The notes: generated by a model from the letters alone, not told the origin. A DNA stretch of 64,000 nucleotides from Raillietiella orientalis (GCA_036172245.1 JAYWIR010000002.1:3100001-3164000), one strand, 5' to 3'. Counted from the stretch's first letter, positions 1 to 14,112 are shown. Translations and numbers: made by a program.

Positions 1-1807
1 GAGAGCTTCCAGCTATGGTCGAAGCCTCCCGTGAAACCGTACACCAGGATCTACTTCTTCAACTACACGAACGGAAACGATGTGCTGCGTCACGGGAGCA
101 AGCCGGAGGTGCAAGAGGTCGGTCCCTACGTCTACGAGTGAGTGCTTTTTTTGCCTGGGTGGGTGGGCAGAAAGCCATTTTCCGGGATCCTTTCCTCTAC
201 CTTCCTCCTTTTGTGCGCTCCCAGGGAAACGATGGAGAAGGTGAACGTCACCTGGAATGACACGGAAGAGAGTGTGTGCTATCTGCAGAGAAAGAAGTTC
301 CTCTTCATCCGGGAGCTGTCCTCCGGTCCCGAGGAGGATGTCGTCATCAGCGTGCACCCACCCTTCCTGGTACGTCTCCGGAGCAGGGGGGGGGGGTAGG
401 GGGAGAAGGAATCTTTTCGATGATGATGAGGGTGCTGCGTTTTCCAGGGCGCCCTGGCACTGGCTCACAAGCTGGGCAACCCCGCCTTCAAGAACGCCCT
501 GAACGCCATGTTCTCCGTGCTGAATGTGACCATGTTCTCCGAGCACACGGTCCGAGAGTGGCTGTGGGGTTTCCGGGACCAGCTCCTGGACCTCGGCAGG
601 CAGACCGAACCGGACGGGTACCCCTACGACCAGTTTGGTTACTTCTACGGGGTAGGTCCTCGCTAAAAAGTGGGGTGGCACAAAGCTTCCGCCTTCCTCC
701 CCGTCTTCCCTTTCCTCCTCCTTCTCCCCCCCCCTCACTCGACGTCGTCACCTGTTCCTGACTCTCGCGCCCGCTCGTCTGCTTGCAGAAGAACAGCACC
801 CAGAAGGAAACCCTGTGCATGCACACTGGCGCTCGCGACATCAAGAAGATGGCCATCCTGGAAACGGTCAACGGGAGCAGCCGCCTTGGCCTCTGGCCGG
901 ACCTCCGGTGCGATGCTGTGCAGGGCACAGACGGCAGCGCGTTCCCTCCCGGGATCACGAGCCGCGATGTCCTACACCTGTTCGACCCGGAGCTGTGCAG
1001 GACGGTCCCGCTGACCTTCCTCGAAGACGTCAGCCACGAGGGCATCCGCGCGCTGCGCTTCGTGGTGTCTCCCTCGGCCTTCGACAGCCCGCGGACCAAC
1101 CCGGACAACGCGTGCTTTTGTGCCGAGGAAGGGGGCGCCTGCGAGGACCTCCCGGACGGTCTCTTCAACGTCAGCATCTGCAAGTTCCGCTCCCCCGTCC
1201 TCCTCTCCTGGCCCCACTTCTTGCACGGGGACCCGTCTCTCCTGGACGCCGTGGGGGGCTTGCACCCAGATCTCTCCAGTCATCAGGGGTACATGGACAT
1301 CCAGCCGGTAAGTCCGTGGGGACTAAGGACCGCCCGGGCAACGCGCATGCTGCCCCGCCAGAGCGTCGGCGTCGCCCTGCAGGTGTGGTTTCGGCTGCAG
1401 GTCAACTTCCTGTTCCACAGGGAGCCGGAGGTGGAGTACCTGGCCAACGTTTCCATGGAGCAGACGGTGCTTCCCGTCGTCTGGTTCGAGAGCGTAAGCC
1501 CACCCCCATCCCCCGTCCCCCCGAGACCTGCCGGCCTTTCTAGGGTATGGACAAGCTGACGCCGGAGCTGTACTCGCTATTGAGGAAGGCCACCGAGGAC
1601 CCCAAGGTCGCCGAGGCCGCCATGACGTACCTTTTTCTGGTGCTGGGAGGCGCCATGGTCCTGTTCGTCGCCCTCTTCTTCGTCTACCGGCGCATGCGCG
1701 AGCCGTCCATCAAAGACAAGAAGGGAGTGCAGGTGCCCATCGAGCTGCAGCAGGACGCGCCGTTCTTCAAAGATTCACACGTCGGAAACAATCAGGTCGT
1801 CGTGTGA
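1..1807 (+). CDS. CD36 / scavenger receptor class B family protein, 5'-partial. Exons <1-137, 225-369, 448-651, 789-1307, 1362-1493, 1544-1807
   Basis: Spliced translation gives CD36-family motifs: W..PP...Y..IYFFNYTN, P.VQEVGPYVY, TVREWLWG, C..VQGTDGSAFP, ELCRT, DNACFC, GLFNVSIC....PVLLSWPHFLHGD, LPVVWFE, then a C-terminal TM helix (YLFLVLGGAMVLFVALFFVY). All five introns are GT-AG with compatible phases. Confidence 0.95.
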
Positions 1808-3699
1808 CACCCCTCGTGGTCGACCGATTCCCTACCCCTTCCCCTCCGCAAACGCCGCCATCGTCCTGTGATAGGAAGAACAGCGATCAGGGATTCTTCT
1901 CCCCCTCCCCTTTGGAAAGGGAAGAGGAGAGGAAAGGCGGAGCCCAGAGCCGATGCCGTCCAAGGCAGTCAGACTTTCCGCCCTCGGCTCACCGCACCCC
2001 CACTGCCACCATCAGCCGCGTCCACTCCTCCCAGCAGCCAGGGAAGGGGAGATCGTGCTGCTGCCGGCACCTCAGGCAGAGCGGGCGCACTCCACCGGGA
2101 GTGCGTGTGGGGCACACGCAAGCACGTCCCGACCCAGCTCTCTTCCTCCTCCTCTTCCTCCTTTCCCTTCCGCCCCTCCCCGTTCTCCGAGAAGCGCCTG
2201 CCACCCCCCACCCCCCCGGCCATCCGTGCAAGCGAAAGAAAGGAGAACGGAAAAAAGGTGTTTTCTTCTGGTGTCTCAAAGTCCGCCGGCTTTCCTGGCG
2301 GGGCTGCCCCGCCGATCAGAAGCGGAGGGGGAAGGCAGTTCCGCAGGTGGGCAGCGCCGCACGCGCTCAGTGCCCGCCCGCTGGCAGGCGTCCTCAGTGG
2401 CATCGTCGCTCTGCGGCTCATGCGCGGTGCATCTTAGAGGCGCCCGAAGGCCGAGGTTCCTCGTCCGCTGCTCGTCCACTTTCTCCGCCTCCTCTCGCTC
2501 TCTTTCGTTCCGTCTGAGGAGCGCATGGCTCAGCTTTGTGCGATTGCGCAACCGCTGTGCCGCATCTTCCAGGGTCGCACCACCTTCAGCAGAGAGAAGA
2601 CCTCGTGTTGGCGGTGGGTGAGCTCATGTTCCAGGACTCCTCTTTCGTTCTTTTTCTTCCTTCCTCTCCCCTCCGTTGCCGCGCTGTCCTGTCGGAGGCT
2701 GCCGGCCTCCACACGTTTTCGGCAGGTTGCCTGGCACCAGGTCTCTGCCTCCTGGGCGCGGCGCCCAGGGGTTTCACCGGCAGCGGAGGCCCTCCCCCGC
2801 AAGCACGCTGCCCTTCCCGGCGACTCCGTGCTAAACTGTCCGTGGCGTCGGGGAGCCTTCCGTGGATCGGAGCTCGTGCCAGATGGAAGGACGGACGTTC
2901 GCGAGCGCTCCATCCATCCGCACTGCTTAGGGGACGAAGGGCAGCAGGACGTCGCACTGCCATATGTGCGCGGGGATGCGTGGCGACGGCTGGGCATTTC
3001 TCGCAGCCGCCGCCTGGGGACCGGATGCTCCCTGACTCCCCGAAGCCGCCGTTTCCTCTCTCCCTTCCCTTGCCCCTCTCCTTCCGCGCGCCAAGGATCG
3101 TCCTCTGCTGGGGAAGTTAGCGGCTCTCCGAAGGGTTTGTTGCGGAAGGCGGTCGCCGGAGGCGTCCATCCCCATCCACTTGCGAAGAAGGTTCTTCTGC
3201 TTGCGGAGACATCCATGGACTTCGCAGCGGCACTTTGATGGCGTCCCGCGCTTTCGGGACGACTCCGCGGATGCTTCTCGTCGCTCAGCGACTTCCTCGG
3301 CTACCCGCGGGCCCTCGTGCCTGTGGTGGGGGCACCCCGCTGGGAGAAAAATCCCGAGAACACCTCCAGAGCTGAGAGTCTCCTTCCGCCGCGAATCCGG
3401 CAGGGTTCGGTGGAAGGGACTGCGGCGAAGGCGTCCAGAAGGACCGATGGTTCCCACCAGTATCAGCCCCTTCCTGTTGCTGGCGGCGGCGGCGGCGGCT
3501 CCGCGCAGCTCCCCGTCCCCTCGCAGCGCTGCAGGTGTGTATCGTGCCCGGAGGAAGCTTTCCCGAAAGGTGCGCCCTGCGAGCGAGAGGAGCTCTGGCA
3601 CGGGCGTGCCGTCTGCCGCCGGCTGTTGGGGAAATTGGGGAAGCACGGGCATTCTCGTAGCCGCACTCACGCTTTCTAGGAGAGGGCTGCTGCCGTGAT

Positions 3700-4400
3700 G
3701 GAGGGAGGGGGGAGGAGAGTGTCAGCTGTGCGCGGATGGGGGCTCTGCGGCGGCGCACCTGATCACGCGCGCTCACCGGCGGCAGCGTGCTGTGAGGACG
3801 TGCTGCCATCTATCCCGTCTCCTGCGAACTGAGCGAGCATGTCGGCAGAGAGCGCACGCGGAATGCAACGCGCTCCGCGAGGGCACACTCGCGGGTTGCC
3901 CCCGTGTCGTGCCAGCTGCCGCACTCGGCTGCCTTCCCCTGGATTGTGCGCAGCGGTTACGGAGTTGACGTGGCTTCCAGATCCCAGCTGCAGTCCCGTC
4001 GTCGGATGTGTGGGGGGGACGTGAGGGAGTGAGTGGGAAGCGGGGAGCGCCTCGGGGAAGGATGCTACGCCGAACGCATCCCGCTCAAGTTTCCAGGGGA
4101 GCGCACTCTGAAACTGGAAGGACAGCCGCGAGTGGAAAGCAGCGACCTCTTTCAGGAGACGCAGCGACAATCAAGACGCCGTCCGTTGCGGCAGCGAAGG
4201 TCGTGCTGACCTTCGGGGTGGGAAGAACCGACCTCAGTGTGCTCCTGCGGAGAGTGCAGGGTCCGTCGTCTCCTGGAAGTGCCCGTCCGCCCTTCCTGGA
4301 ACCTCAGGCTGTCTCTGGGCATCGCCAGGACCACTTCCCGATCCTGCAGCCGTTCGACCTTCCTGGACGTTGCCAAAGGATACTGAATGCCTCGAGGGGG
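3700..4400 (-). mobile_element. Highly decayed LINE endonuclease-region remnant
   Basis: Minus-strand translation fragments (ALSADMLAQFA; LHSPQEHT) resemble the better-preserved endonuclease copy at 23400-24030 (GLRRDWLAQTA) and the APE LQETH motif. Boundaries approximate. Confidence 0.35.
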
Positions 4401-5034
4401 AGAGGGATCTTGGGAAATACCGGTGACTCGCAAGGCCGCTCGGCAGCGTCCTCTTGACTCTCCTCTTCCCTTTCTTTGCCCGGCGGCTCCTCCCCTGCCG
4501 TCTCCGCGCACTCCGCCGTCTCGTCTCCGGGAGTGCCAGAGGTCTCGCGCGCCCCGTCCTGGCGCTCGTTCCCAGGAGCCTCCCGTTACCCGGGCACTTT
4601 TGTCGGGAATCGCCGATGCCTGTAGGGCGGCGGAGATTTCGGGGGGGGGGGAGGCGTCGCACTCGGTGAGGTACGGGGGAGGAGCGCCCATCCGCTCAGT
4701 CGCGCTCTCCCTCACCGCCAGCAGGAGGCGGTGGGCTGGCCTTTCCAGGAGAAGAGGAGGATCTCAGGGACGAGTGGTGTCCGTTTCCACAGCGACGTTT
4801 TGAGAGCGTCCCCGGTCCGAAGGGTCCGTGAGCGGAAGGGCGCCGAGAGGCGACGGCGCTTCCCACGCGGGCCAGGCTGCTGCAGGGTCCCGTCTGACGA
4901 GGAAGGAAAGAGGAGCGTGGGACTTCGCGTCTTCCCTTCTTCCTCTCTCTTCTTACGTCCGGGAGATTGGGGATATCGGGAGGAAGGAGAACGAATTTTC
5001 CGGAAGGAGCCCCAGGGCTTCCTTCTCCAGCCAA

Positions 5035-5060
5035 CGTGAATCCTTCCGGAAGGATTCACG
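5035..5060. repeat. Perfect 26-bp palindrome CGTGAATCCTTCCGGAAGGATTCACG
   Basis: Sequence equals its own reverse complement. Confidence 0.9.
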
Positions 5061-6152
5061 CTGGACCAGGAGGGGGGAATTTTGTCTCCCGGGAGACAAG
5101 GAGGGCTTCCGGGATACTCCCAGGACACTTCGCCCTCCTTCCCCTTGCCCCTCCCCTCGACCTGCTTGGCCGGAGGACTGTGAACTCCGGAGACAACGGC
5201 CGGGGACGACCCGGGAAAGGAGCTGCCGGACTGCTGGCCGCCTTCGTTTCAAGGCGGGGTCCCCTTCTGGAGGAAGAGGGGGACGTCCCGGGCTGTTCCC
5301 TCGGAAGTGCCGGGATCCTCGCGGAAGGAGAGAGAGGCCGCGTTGACCATCTCCGGCTTCGACCTTGGTCTCCCTGGACTTCTGAGAGCGACCCTGAAGA
5401 GGACACGCCCACAGGGGTGCCCGTCCCGGCTCCTGGCGCTGGCGTGCGCTTCCCGGGCGCCGCCACCGCGGCGGCAGCACGGCTGGGAACGTTCCCCTGG
5501 GGAGCGCTGCAGCTCATTCGGGAGAGCGGGAGGCGGAGGAGCGGCGCGACCCAGAGGGCGGGAGGGACAAAGGAGCGTTCCCCTCGACAGAGGGAGGAGG
5601 GCTTGAACAGCGGCGGATGTTGCCAAGGGAGACACTCGCGGCAAGCCTCTCGGGCTGTGCGGACAGCAGCGCGCGCGTTTCCTGTCTGCACCGGTTCCGG
5701 GAGAAGGCGGGGTAGCGGCGACCCCACTCGGGAACCCTCGAGCAGGAATCCCTGCTGCGCCGCCGTGGGAACGCCTGTGTACCCTGGAAACGCTTCGCTC
5801 CCTATCGCTACGGACGATGACCGGGTAGGAAATCGCCTACTGCGTGATCGTAGGAGCAGCGGAAGCGTCGGCAGAGTCAGCCGGCTGGCTCGCCGTACTC
5901 CGTGGCTCGGGGTCGGCCGGAATCGGTCGGTCGGCTCCACTGGACGAGGTTGAGGGGGGGGAGAAGGGGGCGGGACTGACCTCCTCAAAACGCAAACAAA
6001 ACGGAACGCCAGAAAACGGCGGCTGCTGCGTCTTCCGCTTGGTCCTCGCTCATCACCGACCTCGCCATCCGGCGACCCGGCTGCACGAAGAGGGTCCGCG
6101 GGCCTGCGCCTCGTCCCGAGCAGAGCCCTCGCACCCCCTCAGCCTCGGGGAT

Positions 6153-7390
6153 TTTATCACCCAGATATGCCGGGGCATTTATTAAAATTTTTATAATATA
6201 AAATTTCCTAATAAAGTCTTCTAATTGTTAATATGTGCAGGCAGAGCACGTGGTTCTGTTTATCTTGACACACTTGCCGCTGCCGGCCCGCAGGCCGCTG
6301 AGATCCTCTCCGGAGGCGATGGGGAAGGGAAAACCACAAAGAAAAACAGAAAAAAACAAACAAAAACCAAGGGGAGGGAACTGTTTTAGGGGAAGGGAGG
6401 GCTGGGAAGGGATCGTTGTTCGCTCCGCGTGGTCCTCTGCATCCTGTGCAGGATGCGGACAAGTGCCGGACGTGATGTTCTTAGCCGGGTCCATGGGGAA
6501 GCTTTGTCAATGTTGAGAGCCGCCCAGTGAATGGTGTTCCGGCTGTTGTGGCATCTCCTGGACGCAGTCCATTTTTCCAGGATCCCACGTATGCAGAAGA
6601 GAACTGCCACACACGCGGCTGCTGGCAGGGCGTTCTGCATCAGGAGGCGACGGAAGATGTCCTTCGGGTCGCCCCCGGGAATGTCCAAGATCGTCAACGA
6701 CAGTCGATCCCACATGGGTGGGAGGGCGACACACTCGATAATGAGGTGGAGAAGGTGTCCCGTTCCCCGCACCCTGCACAATTGGCATCCAGAGGCCCGA
6801 ATGTCCAGTGGGGAAGGCGTGCTTTGCAAAGGAGTCCCCAATGGAACACCAGCAGCGCCGTCTCCTGCGATTCCAGAGACAGGGTGAGACTATCCCAACA
6901 CGCTGGGGGCCACTTTACCTTCTCCGGAGGTATGCCGAGCAGCTCGCCCCAGCGCACAAGTCCTTTAGACGGGACGCTCGGGGTCGCAACGTCCGCTAGC
7001 TCCTGAGTCGTCCATGCCTTCAACGGTTTTCTCCTGCCTCGGATGAGGCGGGACACTTCCCACAATGCTCGTTCGTTGCTGTCCCTAATGTTCTTGAGAG
7101 AGGACATCACGGGGGCAAGGGGGGCAGACGAAGCTCACAGAAACTTCCGCGGCGTTCTGGTAATCTCCTTCAGGAGCTGTCGAGCGTCCTCGACGGGGAC
7201 AGTTGTACTCCTCCTCGCTCGAGCCATTGATCTTGGCCCACGCAGAAACTGACTCCTGAAGCCGGGCAGAGCAGTTCGCGGGGAGGCAGGAGATCCAGGT
7301 ATTCTTCCTCATCAGGGCGTCCATCTGGCGCAGCCTCGGGGATGCGGACACCGGCTGAGCAGCACCCCCATCACTGGCTGCGAGAGCGCC
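6153..7390 (-). mobile_element. L1/Tx1-type LINE, 5'-truncated 3' portion (ORF2 C-terminus, 3' UTR, terminal hairpin)
   Basis: Frameshifted ORF2 C-terminus (LLVFHWGLLCKARLPHWT...CAGCGERDT; HLIIEC...MWDRL) matches the + copy at 22575-23309. 6153-6628 is near-identical to 19283-19760. Confidence 0.85.
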
Positions 7391-10300
7391 GGCGGACTGC
7401 TATTCGTTGTCGCCTCCCTCGGTCGCGCACCATCCGTCCACCCGAGGGGATCCATGGCAACCGTGGAGCTCCTCCTTCCCGTCTTGTCGCTTTGTATACC
7501 GCCTCCCCCCCTTTCATGGCTGGACGAGAGAGCTTGTGCGGGTCACATTCCGGGTCAGGGGGCGAGGGTCGAGGAGGCGGACAGCTCCCAGGGGTAGTTC
7601 GAAGCCTCGACATGGGATGCGGGAAGACTCCCGCAGGTCACGCGCCATCCAGGGAGGCTGCTCCGCGCCCTGACGAAAGTCAGGACCCTCGGGTAGGCGT
7701 GACCCTTCCTTTCGCTTCACCGGGAGCTCCCAAAGCTGGTCTAAGAGCAGCGGGGTCGCACGATGTCATCGTCGTCGTCGAGGGGACCTCAAGGGAGGAT
7801 CGTCAGTCTAGGCTCGACCGGGGAGCGCGCGCGCGTCTTATCGGCCTCGTGGGAGTTCAGACGTGCGGGTTGCTTCGCTCTCCGGAGTCTTCAAGCAGAA
7901 GATAGGGGACAGCAGTACGGTTTTTGACCCCGACGGGACCTCTCAGAGAATGCCCACGCTTGTGCTGGAGATCCAGATGGGGAGAGGTTCGCTTAGGGGA
8001 TGGGCGCCACGCCAGCCGGATCCTCCAGCGAAGGCAGCGGAAGCCGGGGGTTGAGTGACGGGGGGAACCTGCAGCAGGAAGAGAGAGAGGAGAAGGAGGA
8101 GGAGGAAGAGGAAGGGAGGGAGGAGGAGGAAGCAGCCCTTTCGGAAAGTCGCGCCGAATTGAAGGTTTTCCTTGGCAACGCGATGCTGCTTCTCGGCTCG
8201 GGAGGTCCAGCGAAGATTTCTTCGACCCCCGCAAAGCTCGCAGCCTCCCAGAAACGTCTTTTCCATTTCGATGCTTTGGAATCACCCTCAGCTCGCGGTG
8301 GCCGATGGCCACGCAGGGATTCGCAGCATCCCTTCGCACTCCTGGATCCACCGGCAGATGCTGGTCGGGACGCGTTTCTCAAGGGGAGACGAAGCGAAGA
8401 ATCCTGTGCGAGGCCTGCGTTCCGACCAGGAAGGGGGGGGGCAAGAATCCTTCCGGGTTCCTCCCTCAATCTGCGAGCATCTCGAGGTCGTCCAGAGAGA
8501 CCGGAGCAAGGACGAGGAGGAGGAGCGGGTCGCTTAGGGGCCGCTTCGCCCTTCCTGCAGGTCAGGACTCTCCAGTTCCCGGGTCAAGGGGAGAGGGGGC
8601 GCACGGAGCCGCCTCGGGGAGTCGAAGACCCGGGAGCGCGCCTCCCAGCCTCTGGGGACGGGGCAGGTGGCCGGCGCTGGGCGGAAGGGACGTGGCGGCA
8701 TGACGCCGAGGGAACGCGCTCGCGAGTCAGGGGTGCTGCCTTGCGAGTGCGGCCACCGAAGGCTCCGGGAGTGGGACCGCAACAGCCATCCCTTCTGCCT
8801 CGAGGGAAGCATCCACCCCGCGTCTTTCCCGCTCCCCCTCCCCTCCGCTTTGCGAGGGGAAGGGTTCCCGGCGGGAAGGCGCGCGCACGAACACCGTCGG
8901 GTTCGGGACGCGTGCAGCGAGACACCCGCCGGCGGGACATCTCATTGTATCGCCATGGGACTGCTGGGCTGCTACAGTATTCTCCGGACTCCCACGCGTA
9001 GCAACCGGACACTTTGCTCGAGAAAAGCAAAAGCAGCGGCTCGCGGTTTCGAGGAGGAAAGGAGAGGGGGGGGGAGGAAGGAGAATTCGCATCCCTCCCC
9101 CCCCCCTCCCCTGCTTTGCAGGACACTCGGGCGCAGGATGGGGACTTGGAGAGGCCCTCTGGCCCCGTCAGAGCGTCGTCGCCTCCATGATTCTCTGACC
9201 CCGGGATTCCTCCGGTGCTCCCGAATGCTCCTTCCTCCTCTTCGAGTGCCCCCAGGGGAAGCAGACCTTGGCGACCTCCCGGGCGACTCCTCGTGGCGCA
9301 ATGCCGAGATGAAGGTGTCCCAGTGGTCCTAAAAAAAAATAAAAAATTCCTGCGCTGATCCTCCCCTCGAGGAGCCAACGAAACGCTGGGATCATCCCGT
9401 CCGCCCTCGCAGCGCGCAGCAGCCACAGCAGAGGACCTAAAGCTCGCATCAATCAACCAGTCCACCTTCGCCTGCCGTGTGGCCGCATCCCCAAGCAGCT
9501 TCCTCGAAACAAACCACCTGCTCGGATCGCCCATCCGAGATCGAAGCACGGGAGAGGAGCGTCAAGGCGGGTAATCGGCCGAGGACCACCGGCCTAAGGA
9601 TGGTGGAATTCTGGCTTCTCTTCTGTTGCTTTCCACGTCCTCCTGGCTTTTTGCTTCCTCCTCCCCCTTCTTTCCTGTTTTTTTTTTTCATTACGTCAAG
9701 CGCGCAAACATCGCTGCTGCTTCGTCCCCGGGGGCCTCCGCAGCGGAGACTCGACAGTGCAGTCATGTGGCCCTTCCCACCCCACCCCGCTCATCCGAGG
9801 TGCGCATGGATCGGGAAAGGAAGGGTCCTGGAGGGTCCACTCTCCGATTCCCGGCTGCTGATCAACGAGGTATCCGGCTCGAGCGCGTCCTGCCGGTGCA
9901 CACCCGGAGCGCGAGCCGCTTTCGCGTCATCTCGCTATCGGTCAACCCAACTCGGCATCGGTCCTTCTTTACCGGGGGCTATTCGGACCTGCAATGCGTA
10001 GTTCTGCGTGCGGATGCCCTGACCGCAGGGTTGCCAACGCGGGATACAGACCGACCGAGATCGGGCTGCAGCATCCTGCATCAGGAACGCACCCACGCGT
10101 GTGCAGAAATAAAGAACGAAACGAATCTCTGGGAATCCGAACGGAGTGATATTTGGTGATGATTCCTTCTCGTTTTACGAAGACCTTCATCTTGCGTTTC
10201 CTGTTTTCCGTCTGCCTCCTTTGCCACTATCTCTGCGTGCTTACGTACGTGTATGTGTCTTCCAAGGCACGGTTCCTTCTATCCCTACTTCAACGTCTCG

Positions 10301-11999
10301 TGAAAACTCCTGATGGAACAGAAATGCCGCAGCTTTTTTGAAGGTCCCGCTTTCCTTTTGGAAGTGATGCGCTGCACTGCTTCCATACGCTGAGGCTTCA
10401 GTATCGAGCTTTACTGGCATGCAATTTTCGTGGACTCAGTTCATCAACGTGGATTTTGTGACCTTGGTTGGATTCTGTCTGGCATCGGATCATCGTTTCC
10501 AGCTGCAGCTTTGTTCTAATCAGATTTTAGTAGTTCTTAAAATGTTCCTTTCAACCTCGTTGAAGCATTAAGGTAGCTATATGGAGAGCGAGGATTCCTG
10601 AAGAGACTCCTTCACCTACAACGAGAATTGTGAACGCTTCAGTAACGCTACAGTTGTGTTTTAAGCATGCACATGAGCCCTCAAAAGCTCATGCAATGTT
10701 TGCCAAGGACCATAGCTGGAGATATCTGAGATTCTTGTTACTAGTGAACTTAAAGTCTGTACGTGTAAGAAACTAAGGTATATCCACTGGCCTATTGTGC
10801 TTACAAATGAAGCATTCTGATGTCGTTAAGGGCCTTCTTCTCTGTCCCCTTTCTCTTATCCCACACAATTTTCTGCGGTCTCAGACCCCTTGTCACAAGA
10901 AACTTCACCTTCCGTTCTGATCAACAGCAAACATTGTTGAATTCTTCATCAGGATGTAAACAAAGCTAGGGTCTTTCCAGGGGAATGCCATGTGCATTGA
11001 AGCCTGAGAAAGAAATGTGGATTTATTTCACTACTAACCACATAATGTATTTTGAGGTTTTACTGAACACCCTTTTCGATCACATTATACATTTCTTGTT
11101 AAGCATTTTCTTATTTCCTTGACCAGCTGTTTTCATTTATGGAGCATGTCATGACTGAATATTGTATACATAGATGAGTTTCTGGAATCTTGTTACATTG
11201 AATAACCAAATTACAGTGCCTCTTTTATTTAAAACTTTTTAGTTCTTCACTCATTCCCTCATGCCGTCTAACTGACTGCAGGAATGTCCTTCATCTGGGA
11301 TGATAACAGGATTGAAAACTTTAGATCGTGCTACTGCCTATCTGTTAATAACTTTCAATATTGAGTTTCCATTGTTCATTTGGATTCATTTCCATTTACT
11401 TCATTCAGTTCTTTTCCTTCTTTAAACGGAAACGAGCCGAGTCATACGATTGTGAGTTTCCCCTTTTGCCTTTTTCCTCGATGTTAACCTTGATACTTAT
11501 ATTAAGTGTTTTATGTTTACTTTGCCATGAATGGCATAGTACCACATCCATCACTACGTTTTTTCTAAATTTATTACTTATTCCGCACATGTAGAATGAT
11601 GAAGAATTGAGAAAAATGATTGGACACGATAAAATTTGCTTGAAAAATCTCTCTATTATCTAGGCAACATCAGAGAAAATAAGAGAACTTTAAAATTTTA
11701 GCAATTATTGCTGTCAATTTTTCAAAACAAAAAAGTACAAAATGGAAATAATTCAGTAGTATTCCTGGTTTAAAAATCAAGGAATTTGATGTTTACAGGT
11801 TAATATACTTTCACCTACGGAGCACTGTTTCCAAAGCAATCTTCATATTTGCTGATACTTGTTGAGTAATTGTAATAAATATTCTGGCAAACTTTGTTTT
11901 GTGGACTTAAGATGCGTAGATTGTTGTTGTAGGTTTTTGTAGTTTTCCCAATGTTAGTATAGCGTGAAAAGTTTCCATCTGTGTTGCGAATGCCCAGCG

Positions 12000-14054
12000 A
12001 TGGAGGATGTTGCTGATTTCATTAGCACTCAATATGACGTTATTAGAAAAGTGTTGGAATATCTTCCTATGAGATCTTTGGAAGCGGCAGCTTGCGTTTG
12101 TACATCATGGAAGTCAACAGTGAATATTGTAAAAAAAGATAGGCAGTATTTGTCGTGGTTTTATTGGTGCCATCGACACGATCCTTGTGATACAGGTTGC
12201 AATGTAAACATGAAAGATCAGGTAAATATGAACCAGAATCCAAGTAAATCAGCTCTTTATATGCTTTATAAGACGGTGGAATCAGGTAGTGAGTCTTCTT
12301 CGAAGGCAAGTAAAAGATTTAAGAAAAGTAGATTGTCAAAATCAGAAGCCAAAAAGGAGTTTCAAAGATCCCTCATTGAAGAAGTTTCGAATATTTATAA
12401 TAAACCTCAGTTGTGTATTTATTTCACGAGGAGAACAAATATCAAGTTTGACATGTGCACTCTGAATAAAAATATAAACAGTAGAGGACTCTGCAACGAA
12501 GATATGGGTGATCCAAAGTATACGAGGTATGGTTAACATAATTGCAGAACAGAGTCGTATGTTGCTTTGTGTGATAAATGACTGCTTTATCATTTCAAGT
12601 TAGCTTTGTACATTGTTTCAGGTAGTGAAGTGTTGCAGTATTTTTTACCGACAGGATGCAGAATATATGGTGTCCAAACTCTAGGAATCGTAGGTACAAC
12701 AAAAGATTTGACCAGAAGTCTTGAAATTGAAGGATCTGATTCTTTTGGCATCGTGCTGATTCCCTCTTTCCCATCATTTGATATTTTGACATTTACTCTA
12801 ACAGCGGAAATGTTTGCTAGTAGTAATAGGGTATGTATCTGTTTAGTTCCAAATGGTTAATTATTTAAAAGTGGTTTTCCTTTAGTTAAGGAAAACTACT
12901 TTTTAATAATTCAAAGAAAGGTGTTAAGTTAGTTAAGAGAAAAAAAAAAAAAAAAAAAAAACAGATGCTGATTTGGTTAGCTTACATGTATATGTGGTGG
13001 AGTTGATCCATGCCAAGGAATTCGCTGATTTAACAAAGTTATTTCGAGTTTGTACATAAATCATACATAAATTGCCAGTTGAATAATGTAAACTTGTTTG
13101 ACTTAGTTAAGTACAGTGTTTTTTAACAGCAACATAAAGTAAGTGTTCAGGATGAGTAGATTGCAATTGAGCTTCTAATCTTTTCCAAAGTAGTTTGCAT
13201 GATTTGTGATTTATAAATGTATAACGAAGACAATGCAAAAAAAAGAAAATGTTGCTTCTTTTCATTTGCTGTAATTACTGTGATGTCAGATTTTGTGCTT
13301 TCTTTATTGTACTCCAATTTTGTTTAATGAAACAAATATTGTACTCCATTTCATTTTATTTGACTGCATTATCAGGATATTCCAAGAGATCAAGCACTTT
13401 TGCAGCTCTTAGGACTTCCACTTCAAAAGGAAATCAAGGCATTGATTTTTTTGTGTGATCAGAATGGAATACCTAGAGGCATAGAAGCTCTAGTTCATGC
13501 AGTTGTTAACAAGTGAGGATGTTTTATCAAAGTAATCTCATGAGTGCTATCAGGCAGAGAAAAAGTTTAGCTGTGGGCGGAGGATTTTCTGAAAAGCTAC
13601 TGATTCCGAGCACATGCTTACCTGAAGGAAAAACTGTCCATGTTTTGGGATTAGCATTTGTTGGAAATATAGATGTGGCTTCAACTGTACTGCCTAATAA
13701 CATATGTAATAAAGAGGCTGTTAAAGTAAAAATGAAGGAGGTACAAAGATAATCCTATGTGATTGTTGAATCTAAGTCAAACATTTTTAGTTGAAGGATT
13801 CCATAAAGCTAAAAGATCATAGCATAGCATTTATGTTTACATGTGTTGCAAGAGGAGAAGAGCACTATAAGGAGCCCAATGTTGAAGCCAGTGTTTTCCG
13901 ATCGTATTTTCCCCAAACTCCATTGTTTGGCTTTTTTGGACTTGGTGAAATTGGTTTACCATTTTTCCCATTGCAGGATCATGACAAAGAGTGCCATAAG
14001 ATTGATTCAATATTTTATGCTTACAGCACAGTTATTGTGTTGATTACATTCTAG
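12000..14054 (+). CDS. FBXO22: F-box only protein 22 (F-box + FIST domain). Exons ~12000-12526, ~12626-12830, 13376-13512, 13554-13740, 13791-14054
   Basis: N-terminal F-box (DVIRKVLEYLPMRSLEAAACVCTSW); C-terminal FIST-C motif AFMFTCVARG..HY..PNVEASVFRSYFPQTPLFGFFGLGEIG characteristic of FBXO22; GT-AG introns. The exon1/2 junction is ambiguous by a few nt. Confidence 0.9.
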
Positions 14055-14112
14055 GGAAAGTGTATTCCTCCACATATAATTGCAAACTTTATTTTCAGAT
14101 GCAGTTTTGCCA

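Noticed and set aside
1804-10160. Numerous overlapping 100-330 aa ORFs in GC-rich DNA (likewise 45600-64000 and the 587-aa ORF 41364-43127)
   Set aside because: R/G/P/S-rich, present on all frames, no domain motifs; expected from stop-codon scarcity at high GC.
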